This document shows positions 16,638 through 16,744 of a stretch of DNA of 16,744 nucleotides, piece by piece. Numbering within the stretch: the stretch's first letter is position 1; the number at the start of each line of letters is the position of its first letter. The stretch is from Fidelibacterota bacterium. Lineage in GTDB: Bacteria; Fidelibacterota; Marinisomatia; Marinisomatales; TCS55. A program made the translations under genes and the position numbers. Below the pieces are notes generated by a model. That model ran no database searches. It was not told the DNA's origin and saw only the letters and a list, made by a program, of their open reading frames with translations. The stretch covers positions 1-16,744 of the forward strand of contig JBHHTW010000041.1 of assembly GCA_046861385.1 (NCBI GenBank). The letters run 5' to 3'.

Positions 16638-16703
16638 ATTTACCCATATAACAAAATAGCTTTTGCGCCAATTGGCGCAAAAGCTATTTTGCTCCGGAGG
16701 AGG
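16638..16703. repeat. Copy 1 of the 66-bp imperfect direct repeat (overlaps the tRNA-Asn 3' end)
   Basis: ATTTACCCATATA, then the hairpin, then TTTTGCTCCGGAGGAGG. Offset 103 bp from copy 2. Confidence 0.88.
16652..16691 (-). terminator. Intrinsic terminator of tRNA-Asn (perfect 40-bp palindrome)
   Basis: CAAAATAGCTTTTGCGCCAA / TTGGCGCAAAAGCTATTTTG lies immediately 3' of the tRNA, with a U-rich 3' arm on the minus strand. Confidence 0.75.
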
Positions 16704-16744
16704 GACTCGAACCCCCGACCTGGTGGTTAACAGCCACTCGCTCT
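16692..16744 (-). tRNA. tRNA-Asn: tRNA-Asn(GTT), 5' part outside the window
   Basis: Reverse complement AGAGCG-AGTGG-CTGTTAA-CCACC-AGGTC-GGGGG-TTCGAGT-CCCTC-CTCCGGA-G. Anticodon GTT is at 16731-16729, the T-loop is TTCGA, the discriminator is G, and CCA is not encoded. Confidence 0.95.

Noticed and set aside
16535-16703. Repeat-spacer-repeat with a 37-bp spacer as a minimal CRISPR array
   Set aside because: There are only two units, they are 66 bp and divergent, one overlaps the tRNA, and no cas genes are present. A tRNA 3' end plus terminator explains them.

Overview
AT-rich bacterial DNA, from a diderm judging by the outer-membrane barrel gene, lying just downstream of a tRNA-Asn(GTT) gene cut by the right edge. 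Most of the window is a tightly packed minus-strand operon of about 12 kb (16076 to 4160). In order it encodes a stand-alone Hpt protein, a single-domain receiver, a multi-sensor histidine kinase (FixL-like PAS, NifL-like PAS, a third PAS, two GAF domains and a degenerate receiver), an Hpt-REC-GGDEF-REC diguanylate cyclase, a second single-domain receiver, a membrane-anchored HEAT-repeat protein, a processive GT2 synthase, a TPR plus YaiO-type outer-membrane barrel and an LVIVD-like repeat lipoprotein. I infer an O2/redox-sensing phosphorelay that controls, through c-di-GMP, a synthase-dependent exopolysaccharide export system whose gene content differs from Bcs, Pga, Pel, Alg and NfrAB. A convergent plus-strand unit encodes a small ORF, a Cache-HAMP-PAS-PAS histidine kinase and a receiver. 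Both ends carry gene debris absent from the ORF track: a truncated class III nucleotide cyclase on the left, and a 50-aa HTH ORF abutting a TetR remnant on the right. There is also a duplicated tRNA 3' end plus terminator with compensatory substitutions, resembling an att scar. All family assignments come from reading motifs by eye; no searches were run.
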